A stretch of 64,000 bases of DNA. Origin: an uncultured archaeon (GTDB lineage: Archaea; Micrarchaeota; Micrarchaeia; Micrarchaeales; CABMGC01). The stretch spans positions 512,001 to 576,000 of the forward strand of contig CAWBCT010000005.1 of NCBI GenBank assembly GCA_963787445.1, given 5' to 3'. The position numbers and the translations under genes were made by a program. The notes beneath the pieces were generated by a model. That model was not told where the DNA came from. It did no database searches and was given only the letters and a program-made list of their open reading frames with translations. Positions 18,580 through 27,626 of this stretch are shown here, piece after piece; positions within the stretch are counted from its first letter, which is position 1, and the number at the start of each line of letters is the position of its first letter.

Positions 18580-19269
18580 TTATTGCGATGACGTCTTGAA
18601 GAAGACGGGCTTCTCGGCCAGGTTTATTATCTTCAGGTAAAGGTAGGCGTGGTCGCCGACGCTGTCCGTGAAGCCCACCGCGCCGCTCTTGTAATCATAC
18701 CTGGCGAAGCTCATCGGCTGCTGGGCTGCGGTCTTCGCGTAGTACAGTGTAGTGTCCTCGCCGTGCATGCCCTCCACCAGGTCCAGGCCGTAGAGAACCG
18801 TCTCCTTCCCGTCCCTGAACGAGCAGAGATGCCTTATTCCCTCACCTTTTCCGCTGTTTATCGCCAATTTTATCAGGTCCTCCGCGCTCCCCAGCCTCAC
18901 GCTGCGCAGCTTCGGACTCTTGAGCTTGCCGGGCTTCTGAAATTCCACCAGCTCCATCCTCAATATGCTTGTCGCCTTGTTCTCCTGTCCCGCGCCCAGA
19001 ACCACAAACTTCACCTCCTCGCCCTCAGAGTTCTCCGGGGGCTTGTACAGAAGCCCCTTTGGCTTCTCCTCCGTCCTGGTGAAGTACACGACGCCCTTGT
19101 CCCCTATCCTCTCCCCGAAAATGTACAGGTAGTGGGGTTTCACCGCCTCTTCTAGAAAGATGTTGTCGTATGTGAAGTCGAAGTTGTAGGCATACCTGGC
19201 TACGTCCGTGAGCGAGAGCACACGCAGAGGTATGAGTGACATGGTTTTGGGTTTTTCTTTCTTTGGCAT
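18580..19269 (-). CDS. Hypothetical protein
   Basis: 229-aa ORF, GGTG RBS, host-like codon usage. Confidence 0.6.
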   Translation of the reverse strand: MPKKEKPKTMSLIPLRVLSLTDVARYAYNFDFTYDNIFLEEAVKPHYLYIFGERIGDKGVVYFTRTEEKPKGLLYKPPENSEGEEVKFVVLGAGQENKATSILRMELVEFQKPGKLKSPKLRSVRLGSAEDLIKLAINSGKGEGIRHLCSFRDGKETVLYGLDLVEGMHGEDTTLYYAKTAAQQPMSFARYDYKSGAVGFTDSVGDHAYLYLKIINLAEKPVFFKTSSQ

Positions 19270-19278
19270 TACGGCACC

Positions 19279-20121
19279 TTAGGCCCTGACAGCAAGTCCG
19301 TACAGGTAGGAGACCAGCGACATCAGGGCGTAGGCCGGCTCCAGGATTATCGGCGAGAGCACTGCGCCCTGGTCTATCGCCTTATAGTCGTTGTAGAGGC
19401 TCTCGTTCACGTCAAAGGTTATCGGGTAGGACTGCCTTATCAGCGGGCTCGTCGAAGAGCTCACGGTGAGGTTGAAGTTGTAGGCGCCGGGCTCGCTCAG
19501 GAAGATCGGGTAGGTGAAGGTGTTGGTCCTTGAATGGAGCGAGATCACCTGGTCGGTTATGTTCCAGGCAGGAAGGCTGTGGGCGCTTATGACGAACGGG
19601 TCGTCCGAGATCCCGGTGTTGTTTATGGTCACGTAGAGCTCTGTGGGCTGCCCTATGCCCGCGTAGATCCTGAGCGGGTTCACGTTAAGGTTGAAAACGT
19701 TCGTGGTCACGTTCATGTAAACCGTTGCGGTAAGGTTTCCTATCCTAGAGTAGTTCTGCACGTTCAGGGCCTTTATCTGGAACGAGTAGGCCCCGTTGGG
19801 CGTGTAGGAGGCCACCGTCACCTTCATCTTCATCGGGTTCTCGTAGAGAGGCGAGGCCTGCGCAGACCATCCCGCCGGAAGGTTGTTGGCCGTGAGCGTG
19901 TCCCACCCTATCGGGCCGACGTAGCTGCCCGAGGCGTTAACGGTTGCGGAGCCTGCGGAGATGTAGAAGCTCTCGCCCGGTCCCACCTTTCCAAGATAAA
20001 CGCTGCCCCCATTGTAAAGCGTTGCGTTTAGGGGCGCCTGAACAGCCAGGTAGGTCGAGCTGGCGTAGGCAACAGCCATGGAAAGGATGGCAAGCAGTAG
20101 GGCTGTCCTCAAAAACTTCAT
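19279..20121 (-). CDS. Secreted/surface protein with beta-sandwich-like domains and C-terminal membrane anchor
   Basis: Signal peptide, many NxS/T sequons, VTINNTGISDD, hydrophobic C-terminus. Confidence 0.6.
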   Translation of the reverse strand: MKFLRTALLLAILSMAVAYASSTYLAVQAPLNATLYNGGSVYLGKVGPGESFYISAGSATVNASGSYVGPIGWDTLTANNLPAGWSAQASPLYENPMKMKVTVASYTPNGAYSFQIKALNVQNYSRIGNLTATVYMNVTTNVFNLNVNPLRIYAGIGQPTELYVTINNTGISDDPFVISAHSLPAWNITDQVISLHSRTNTFTYPIFLSEPGAYNFNLTVSSSTSPLIRQSYPITFDVNESLYNDYKAIDQGAVLSPIILEPAYALMSLVSYLYGLAVRA

Positions 20122-20177
20122 GATATAGATAACGGCATAACATCTTTATAAGATTATCTGATTTTATTCTATATGAT

Positions 20178-21092
20178 GTGTCTATGGCAACTCCTCAGTA
20201 TCTCTGGTTTGATGGCAAGTTTATCCCATTCGCAGAAGCGAAGGTTCACGTGCTAACCCACTCATTGCAGTACGGCAGCGGGATCTTTGAAGGCATGCGG
20301 GCCTACGAGACCGACCGCGGCCCATCGATCTTCCGCCTCAAGGACCACATGCAGCGCTTCATCAACACCGCAAAGGTGTACCAGATGGACCTGGGAGCCA
20401 CAAAGTCGCAGCTGGAGGCAGCCGCACTAGAGCTGGTCAGAAAGAACAAGCTGGGAAGCTGCTACCTACGCCCCTACGCTTTCTACAACGACCAAAGAAT
20501 AGGGATCAGTGTTACGGGCAAGAAGGTCAGCACCATGATAGCCGCTGAAGAGCTCGGTTCCTACTACAAGTCAAAGGACAAGGGGATAAGCTGCAAGGTC
20601 TCCTCCTGGAGGCGCATAAACTCAAACATACTCCCTCCCCAGGCCAAGGCCAGCGGCAACTACCTCAACTCAATCCTTGCATCCCAGGAAGCACACTCCT
20701 GCGGTGCAGACGAGGCGATCCTTCTTTCCACCTCAGGCTACGTGGCCGAGGGTCCGGCAGACAACATCTTCCTAGTTAGAGACGGCAAGCTCCTCACCCC
20801 TTCAGTCGAATCCGACATATTAATGGGAATAACGCGCGACACCGTGATCAAGATCGCGCGCTCCAAGGGAATCGAGGTTGAAGAGCGCCAGATTCATAGG
20901 GAAGAGCTCTACGCTGCAGATGAGATCTTCTTCACCGGCACGGCTGCCGAGATAGCCCACATTGTGCGTGTTGATTCAAAGACCGTGGGCGATGGAAAAG
21001 CGGGCCCGATCGGCAAGCTAATCACCGATGCCTACAAGAAAGTGGTGACCGGAAAGACCAAGATGGGCAAGGACTGGCTTAACTACGCCTGA
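20178..21092 (+). CDS. ilvE: Branched-chain amino acid aminotransferase
   Basis: LQYGSGIFEGMRAY, FRLKDH, KASGNYLNS, EG..NIF, LMGITR, FFTGTAAE. Confidence 0.95.
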   Translation: MSMATPQYLWFDGKFIPFAEAKVHVLTHSLQYGSGIFEGMRAYETDRGPSIFRLKDHMQRFINTAKVYQMDLGATKSQLEAAALELVRKNKLGSCYLRPYAFYNDQRIGISVTGKKVSTMIAAEELGSYYKSKDKGISCKVSSWRRINSNILPPQAKASGNYLNSILASQEAHSCGADEAILLSTSGYVAEGPADNIFLVRDGKLLTPSVESDILMGITRDTVIKIARSKGIEVEERQIHREELYAADEIFFTGTAAEIAHIVRVDSKTVGDGKAGPIGKLITDAYKKVVTGKTKMGKDWLNYA

Positions 21093-21986
21093 TCACTTGG
21101 TCAGCAGCGTGTAGCCGTCCTTCTCCACTATCAGCTCCTTCTCAGCCTGCGCCACAAGGCCTCCCTTCTCCTCTACGAGCACCGGGAAGGTCTCGAGCAC
21201 CTCCATGTTCACGAGCTCCTGGATTCCCTTGCGTATCCCGAAGCCGCTCAGGTTAGGAAGGGCCTTCTCTAGCCATCTTATGGCAAAGGGATAGGTCAGG
21301 TATCGCTCATCGACTATGGAGAGTATCTGCCTTGCCTCCTGGGATCTCGGAATCGCGTACTGGACCTTCTGGAAGATCTGTATCTCATCGCTGTCCTGGA
21401 CGTAGCCTGCGCCATCGGTAACGAACGGCTCTATGGAGATGACCTGGCCTTCTAGGAGCCTAGTCGTATCTCCGTTGTCAAAGTTTGCTATGAAGACGTC
21501 AGCGTGCAGCTCCTCTGAAGTTATCCCATGCCCGCCGAGATTCCTTACTGGGAAGACACCCTTCTCAGTAACCACCCTTTCTATGGCCTTTCCTATCTCT
21601 CTTAATTGAACCCCGGCCTTCACTACGCCTAAAGCAGCCTCTAGCGATTCCTCTGCAGCTTCAACGAGCGAGGTGTTATTCCCTGAAATGTCAACAGTTA
21701 CCGCGCAGTCTCCCAAGCAGGTTCCCTTCCTTGCTCCAACATCCACCTTCACCAGGTCTCCGGATTTGAAAACGGTGTCATCCTCCTTTGAGGGGGTATA
21801 GTGGGCGGCCTTGCTGTTTACGGAGATGTTTACCGGGAACGAGAGCCCGAAACCCTTCTTCTCTATGAATGACTCTATGCTCTCAGCAACGTCAAAGAGC
21901 TTCGCACCCTCCTTGACCAGGCCTCTGGCATGCTGAAGTGCCTCGTACGAGGCCTTTCCTACCTCAAGATGTTCCTTATGGTCCAT
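21093..21986 (-). CDS. map: Methionine aminopeptidase type II
   Basis: FPVNISVN, AAHYTP, KVDVGA, DCAVTV, NLGGHGI, IEPF. Confidence 0.93.
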   Translation of the reverse strand: MDHKEHLEVGKASYEALQHARGLVKEGAKLFDVAESIESFIEKKGFGLSFPVNISVNSKAAHYTPSKEDDTVFKSGDLVKVDVGARKGTCLGDCAVTVDISGNNTSLVEAAEESLEAALGVVKAGVQLREIGKAIERVVTEKGVFPVRNLGGHGITSEELHADVFIANFDNGDTTRLLEGQVISIEPFVTDGAGYVQDSDEIQIFQKVQYAIPRSQEARQILSIVDERYLTYPFAIRWLEKALPNLSGFGIRKGIQELVNMEVLETFPVLVEEKGGLVAQAEKELIVEKDGYTLLTK

Positions 21987-22005
21987 GTTATTACATCGCA
22001 GGACG

Positions 22006-22635
22006 TTATTTTATTATCTTGTGCTTGATCAGGGCAACCTTCACGATCCTGAAGATAAGCTCATGGCCTTCCTCATTCGGATGCAGGCCATCCGCAAGGA
22101 GTTTGTGGTAGTTTGCCTTCTCGAACTCTGTCCGTATCTTGATTATTGGGACATTTTCCTGCCAGCAGATGCTGGCCAGTATGTCGTTCAGCGCGTTTAT
22201 GTCTTTGTTTCTGTAGAATATTTCCGAATTCCAGGGCACAGGGGTGACCTTTGGCTCCGAAACCGGCAATAAATCCAAGAAAAATATATTTTTTGTGTAC
22301 TCCTTTGCGAGTTCTATCAACTTGTTGATATTCGATGAAAATTCCCTGTTAGTTACAGTGCGTTTCTTCCTCGTAGAAGCATCGTTACCTCCAACCGAAA
22401 ATATTATGGCGAAGTTTTCCTTATACTCGGCAGCTTCCCTAAACCGAGCTCCGCATTCAATCTTGAACCTTTTCATGATCTCTTTGCTTGTGTCACCAGA
22501 GATTCCAAGGTTGTAGACCATGTCTCCATCATCTTTTGAGTCAATGTACTTTCTGAGCCTGTTTACCCACCCTCCCTGCTCTCTATCCAATGCGCCATAT
22601 GTGTCGCTGTCTCCGAATACACAGATTACTGTCAT
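22006..22635 (-). CDS. SGNH/GDSL hydrolase
   Basis: FGDSDTYG, NLGISGDTS, GGND, DGLHPN; ATG 22635 after GGTG. Confidence 0.88.
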   Translation of the reverse strand: MTVICVFGDSDTYGALDREQGGWVNRLRKYIDSKDDGDMVYNLGISGDTSKEIMKRFKIECGARFREAAEYKENFAIIFSVGGNDASTRKKRTVTNREFSSNINKLIELAKEYTKNIFFLDLLPVSEPKVTPVPWNSEIFYRNKDINALNDILASICWQENVPIIKIRTEFEKANYHKLLADGLHPNEEGHELIFRIVKVALIKHKIIK

Positions 22636-22639
22636 AATT

Positions 22640-25072
22640 TCACACCAATCTCTTTTGAGATCCCAATCCCTGCAATTCCTCTTCAGTAACACCAAGTTCC
22701 TTGAGAATCTTAAGCGTTGCGGGTATTATCTGGTGATTTATGTAATAGTCCGCATCGTAATCCTTTGCGAACTCCTCCAACTCTGCCTTATCGGAGATGC
22801 TGCTGCCCGTCTTGGTCACCACATAGCTGATTGTGCTGCCCTCCATCTCCTTCTTGACCTTCTGCCCGCGCGCTATCGCCTTCTTCACAGCAGCGAGCTC
22901 CGGCGATTTGTTGTCATAGCTGTCGATTTTTTTCCTCAACTGGGTCTGTATCACCAGCTCCTTGATGTCCGCCTTGCCTTCCCTAAGCCTCTTTACCACA
23001 TCCTTGACTATGGCTATCGCGCTCTCCTTGGTCCCTGCGTGAAGTATATTCTCCAATACGGCCCTCTGCGTATTTCTGGAGACGGCCGACCAATCCCTTC
23101 TAACAAGTTCAAATCCGCGTATCTTTATCCTTCCTGACTCTGAAAGCAGCGCATACTTCTTCTTTGCACCGGCGTCTACCGCTCCCCTCTTGCCTACAAA
23201 GACCCCGCTGGTGTAAAAATCTTCGAGTTCAAGTTCCATAGAATCCGGAAGTGATTTGTTTACATCGTCAAGGAACTTCTTCGCATCTTCCTTTGTCTTC
23301 TCTCCCCTAAGAAGCATAATCGAATCCGTGTCCCCATAGATCACCCTGAATCCGTGCTTCTCCGCACTCTCCATCGTCCTGTTTATGTACTCTCTGCCGA
23401 AAGCCGTGACGCTCTCAGCGCATTCGCGGGAGTACCAGCGAGACCTCGCATACCCGAGGTAGCCGTAGAACGAGTTCGCTATGATCTTGAGTCCTGTCGA
23501 ACGGGCTGCAAGAGACTTGTTGTCCGGATCCTTCTTGAACGCCTTCTTTATCTCTGATCTCTCCTTAAGCATCAATCTCAGGACGTTGGGGACTATGCCG
23601 AGCGGCTTCTTCCTGAACTTTGCCTTGGTTGGTGATTCAAATACCTCTTCCTTATCGCTGCCCTTGTAAAGAGTTGAAGGGTCAATATTGTATGCGATTA
23701 TTATGGATGGGTACAGGCTCCTGAAGTCAAAGACCACTATGTCCTTGTATATTCCCGCATCCGGCGTCTTTACGTAGGCACCCTCGATAGGGTTGTCGTT
23801 CCTCCAGTTGATGTCCCTGTCGTTTGGCTTGTTCGGTATGAACTCGTTGTTATTATGCGCATAGCGCATCAAAAGATGCTCCACAAGCTGCCCCGTGGTT
23901 GAGATGCACGCCTCGCCCAGCGTTGTCCCTACTATCTTCGAGATTTCCTGCTCCAGCGGCACGAAGAACTTGTAAAGCTCCTCCAGCGCGAACGAGTCTG
24001 CCAGAGAGTAGTCTGCAAGCTCCTCCCTGTCCTTGTCTCCGCCGTCCCAGATCTGCCAGATGTTAAGCCTGTCAACCATCTTCTTCTTGTCTCCTGTTAT
24101 TGCTGCGTAGACCTCGCTAAGCTTGAGGTTGCTCGCCTTTATCAGGTTCTCCGAAGCCCCAACTATGGAGACGAACTTCGCCACGTTGTAAACGTCCACG
24201 TTGACCCTGCCAGGTATCTTCACCATCTGCACAAGCCCGTGGTTCTGCTGCTCCGGCGCGTCCCCATATCTTCCGATGTCGAAGCCGGCCCTGCTCACAT
24301 TTCCGCGCTTCACCATGTAGGGAATATCGAAATTAGAGGAGTTGTAGCCCGCAATCGCGTCAAACTGGCCGTTGTTCACGTACTCCACGAAGTTGCTGAT
24401 CATCGCCTTCTCGCTCTCGAACACCTTGACGAACGGTCTCTTGATCTTCTTCGTTGTAAGCACCGCAGACTCCTTCCCGTCGGTGTAGCTTACCATGATT
24501 ACCGGATCGACCTCTGGCCTGGGCGTCCCTTGGGGGTTGTAGGTCTCAATATCAAAGCAGAGGTGGGTGATCTCCTCCTTCACTGCAGCCGCCGCTGGCC
24601 TGATCTCATCTATGCGGAGCTTCCCGTTCTCTTCATGCGCCGTAACTTCGATGCCGAACAGCGGCGAGAGCTTGTGATCAATCAGATATCTCTTCCAGAA
24701 AAGGATGTCGTACTCGTACCGCTCTCCGAACTCGGCCATCAGCTCGCTGAGCCTGGGAACCTGCCTCGTGCTCTGCACATAAATCCTGAACGCCCTTGTT
24801 GGCGTGCCTTTTAGCGAGAGTTTTTTCTCTTCAACAAGGAAGGGTTTGATTCCGCCCTCCTGGTCGGTCAGCTCCACCTTCTCCAGCGCCTCCTTTGTTA
24901 TGCTCTCGCTGGAGGGTATTATGTAAAAATAAGGCCTAAAATTAAAATCAAAAAGCTGGTAGGCCTTCCCGCCAGCTTTCAGAGTAAGTCTTATGATGCT
25001 TCGTTCACCAACGGGCACGTAGTCTGCGTCAAGCAGGATACCGCTCAGTTTTACGCTGGCATCATGCTCCAT
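22640..25072 (-). CDS. polB: Family B DNA polymerase
   Basis: FDIETY exonuclease motif, GYNSSNFD, DFRSLYPSII, KIIANSFYGY, YGDTDS, KKYAL; no intein seen. Confidence 0.97.
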   Translation of the reverse strand: MEHDASVKLSGILLDADYVPVGERSIIRLTLKAGGKAYQLFDFNFRPYFYIIPSSESITKEALEKVELTDQEGGIKPFLVEEKKLSLKGTPTRAFRIYVQSTRQVPRLSELMAEFGERYEYDILFWKRYLIDHKLSPLFGIEVTAHEENGKLRIDEIRPAAAAVKEEITHLCFDIETYNPQGTPRPEVDPVIMVSYTDGKESAVLTTKKIKRPFVKVFESEKAMISNFVEYVNNGQFDAIAGYNSSNFDIPYMVKRGNVSRAGFDIGRYGDAPEQQNHGLVQMVKIPGRVNVDVYNVAKFVSIVGASENLIKASNLKLSEVYAAITGDKKKMVDRLNIWQIWDGGDKDREELADYSLADSFALEELYKFFVPLEQEISKIVGTTLGEACISTTGQLVEHLLMRYAHNNNEFIPNKPNDRDINWRNDNPIEGAYVKTPDAGIYKDIVVFDFRSLYPSIIIAYNIDPSTLYKGSDKEEVFESPTKAKFRKKPLGIVPNVLRLMLKERSEIKKAFKKDPDNKSLAARSTGLKIIANSFYGYLGYARSRWYSRECAESVTAFGREYINRTMESAEKHGFRVIYGDTDSIMLLRGEKTKEDAKKFLDDVNKSLPDSMELELEDFYTSGVFVGKRGAVDAGAKKKYALLSESGRIKIRGFELVRRDWSAVSRNTQRAVLENILHAGTKESAIAIVKDVVKRLREGKADIKELVIQTQLRKKIDSYDNKSPELAAVKKAIARGQKVKKEMEGSTISYVVTKTGSSISDKAELEEFAKDYDADYYINHQIIPATLKILKELGVTEEELQGLGSQKRLV

Positions 25073-25088
25073 AAGCTCCCCTAGGGGC

Positions 25089-25508
25089 TCACTGCGCCCT
25101 TGCGTTAGGGGTGTTTTCCTGCAGCTTGGCCCTTGAGATCGGGAGCGGTGCAGGGAAGCCCATCGAGTAGGCTACCAGAGTTCCGCGAGCACCGCACTCA
25201 AAGTTGAGCAGGTTTATCACGTCCTCTGCAAACTTTAGAGGCAAGGTCTTCTTGCTCTTCCAGACAGACTCTATCTCCTCAGCATCCTTCTTTGACTCCT
25301 TTGCGAGTATGTCACCCTGAAGTGTAAGCTCGCCAACCTTTGCCGACTTGGTGCCTTCGTACACTGCCACGAACGTGAAACCCACTGTGACGTTCTCCTG
25401 CGAGACCTTCACATTCTCGAAGTTTATGTTAAACTTCATGTTTCCAATCAGTTCGCCGTTCGGCTCACGCTTAGCTTCTACTTTCTGCATATCCACTCCT
25501 GTTATCAT
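25089..25508 (-). CDS. Conserved archaeal hypothetical protein (possibly SecB-like fold)
   Basis: Alternating beta strands then a helix, ending MGFPAPLP; co-oriented upstream of polB. Confidence 0.5.
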   Translation of the reverse strand: MITGVDMQKVEAKREPNGELIGNMKFNINFENVKVSQENVTVGFTFVAVYEGTKSAKVGELTLQGDILAKESKKDAEEIESVWKSKKTLPLKFAEDVINLLNFECGARGTLVAYSMGFPAPLPISRAKLQENTPNARAQ

Positions 25509-25648
25509 ACACTCACGTCTAATATTTTCAAGATATATATCGTGCGTTTACTATAAAATACTTGTTATTTGGAACGTTTAATCGCCAAAAACTTTTACTT
25601 GATAGTGCAATTGGCTAGCGTAAGGTTTAAGAACTATCTATCTTCAAT

Positions 25649-26089
25649 ATGAAATATGCGCAGCATGGGGTTGGTGGCATTCCAGGCAAGGCTATAGTCA
25701 ACAACTGCGTCCATTTTATTTCAGAAGTCAAACGCATCTCCAGCAAGACAGAACTCTCCCAGCAGGAATCTGAAATAAAGGAAACAGCCTGGGTCGTCGC
25801 CTCACTATCCTCTAACCATTCCTGGAAAACCTACAAGTACCTGCACCATGATGGCGAGTTTGACAATGAGGCGTTTGTTGGTGAGACCGGATATGCCCTG
25901 AAGGAAGGCTGGAAAAATATAAGTGAGTCCGACTACGCCGAAGTTAAAAACAAACTTCCCAAGGATCATCTGCTCAACCGCTGGAAGCAGTATGCTCTTG
26001 ACGAAAAACACCGCAATAGGTTCAGCCAGTTATACAACAAGTTCCAAAAGGAGCAGGCCTACGAGCTCCAGCCGGAGACGCAGCGGTAG
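25649..26089 (+). CDS. Hypothetical protein
   Basis: 146-aa ORF with a TATA-like TTTAAG upstream; no motif recognised. Confidence 0.5.
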   Translation: MKYAQHGVGGIPGKAIVNNCVHFISEVKRISSKTELSQQESEIKETAWVVASLSSNHSWKTYKYLHHDGEFDNEAFVGETGYALKEGWKNISESDYAEVKNKLPKDHLLNRWKQYALDEKHRNRFSQLYNKFQKEQAYELQPETQR

Positions 26090-26137
26090 TCTTCTACTCT
26101 TATTATTCCTTTGTTTCCCAATAACTACTACGGCCAA

Positions 26138-26212
26138 GGGCATGTGGCGTAACTTGGATAGCGCATCGGGCTTCGGACCCGAGGGTTGCGGGTTCAAATC
26201 CCGCCATGCCCA
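26138..26212 (+). tRNA. tRNA-Arg(TCG)
   Basis: GGGCATG/CATGCCC acceptor stem, TCGGG-CTTCGGA-CCCGA anticodon arm, GGTTCAAATCC T arm. Confidence 0.93.
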
Positions 26213-26220
26213 GTCATCAT

Positions 26221-27591
26221 TCAGATTGGTTTTATAATTATTCTACAATTTCTACTACCACAACTGCACTTCATAGAATCTCCAGGCACCATTGTTTCTG
26301 AATAGTTTGCAGTTATCTCCTCACCCTTCTTGATATTTCTGTTTGCAACATCACAGAAATCATCTGCATGCGTATTTGCACTGCACGAATGGTTAACGTA
26401 TCTCTCTGGAGAACCCATCACAATGTTCTTTCCTTGATAACAAATAACATGACGCTTAGCCTCATCAGATAACAAGTTTAATTCTGCATTGGTCAGTTGC
26501 TTAGATGTGTGCCATCTAGTAACAATTTCCCCTTCCTTAAAATCTCTAGCTGCAAATAACCCCTTCCCTTCTATTTTAGATTTTTTAACCGCAAAAGATT
26601 GATCGCCTGACTCTTCGCGTAACTTTAGCCTAATCGGCTTGGACATCCTACTTATTTCATCGTCCATTGATTTCTTGTATTCAGGATCAGTCTTGCTAAG
26701 TCTCCTGAGATGCCCATTCTCAAGGAATTTGGGATCAACATAGCGCGTCTTCCCGTGCACCGTTATCTCACCATCTTCAGAAAATGAGAACTCCAGGGGA
26801 CCTCCAGCCCTGTCTAGCATGACGTTAAGCTTGGCATCTCCAGCCTTCCTGAGAAAGGCTGTGATTTCCTCATCTGTACCATACATACCATCGTGCGTTA
26901 TGATACCCGTACTCGCTGCGTACCTCAGCGCCTCACCAAGAAGATGATATCTCAACATATGCTCTGGCGCTGCCCAGTTCTTGATCTGGAAGTCTAGGTA
27001 CATCCTCCCAAAGGCCTTCGCTGCTGCTTTTGAATCGAAGACAATTTCACCATTGTAAACCTTTAGGGAATTGAGGCACAGCTTTACCTCTTCGCGGTAC
27101 CTCATAAGTCCCTCCCTGAGGGTATAATCCACTCTGTCGCCGCAAAGATCCGGCGAAGGCCTTTCCAGTAATCCATATTTGCCGCTCGACTCAGCAGTGC
27201 TTATCTCATGTACATCGAAACCGTTCCTGCTTATAATCTTTCCAAGCTCTGAATTCTTTATGTATTGCTCAAGGTTCTTGTCCTGGTAGTCACTCTTTCT
27301 CGGGTCGCCGAACGCCCAGTCAACCGTGTGCGAGAAAGCGGTGTGAGAGGCGTCGTGTATAAGTCCTGCAATTTGCTCTGCAAATGGCGCACCGAGCCTC
27401 CTGAGCAGCAGCATCACTCCCACACTGTGCTCGTATCTTGAGAAATTCATTGTGTTTTCAGTTTTCGTATTGGGCAGGAGGCCATGCTGAAACACACCCT
27501 TCAGTCTTTGCATGGGTGCAGAGTTTATCAGCTCCACTAGAACCTTCTCGTTTACCTCAACGGAACCGTAAACTTCATCTTTAATTAACAA
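26221..27591 (-). CDS. HD-domain phosphohydrolase fused to a C-terminal SET domain with post-SET cysteines
   Basis: HD part: RYEHSVGV, HDASHTAFSH, DRVDY. SET part: SKIEGKGLFA, RYVNHSC, IKKGEEITANY, CSCGSRNCR. Confidence 0.88.
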   Translation of the reverse strand: MLIKDEVYGSVEVNEKVLVELINSAPMQRLKGVFQHGLLPNTKTENTMNFSRYEHSVGVMLLLRRLGAPFAEQIAGLIHDASHTAFSHTVDWAFGDPRKSDYQDKNLEQYIKNSELGKIISRNGFDVHEISTAESSGKYGLLERPSPDLCGDRVDYTLREGLMRYREEVKLCLNSLKVYNGEIVFDSKAAAKAFGRMYLDFQIKNWAAPEHMLRYHLLGEALRYAASTGIITHDGMYGTDEEITAFLRKAGDAKLNVMLDRAGGPLEFSFSEDGEITVHGKTRYVDPKFLENGHLRRLSKTDPEYKKSMDDEISRMSKPIRLKLREESGDQSFAVKKSKIEGKGLFAARDFKEGEIVTRWHTSKQLTNAELNLLSDEAKRHVICYQGKNIVMGSPERYVNHSCSANTHADDFCDVANRNIKKGEEITANYSETMVPGDSMKCSCGSRNCRIIIKPI

Positions 27592-27626
27592 GAGATCACC
27601 ACTGCCTGCTGCCTTAAGTATAAAAT

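Noticed and set aside
22640-25072. Intein or inactivated PolB
   Set aside because: Length is normal and all catalytic motifs are contiguous and intact
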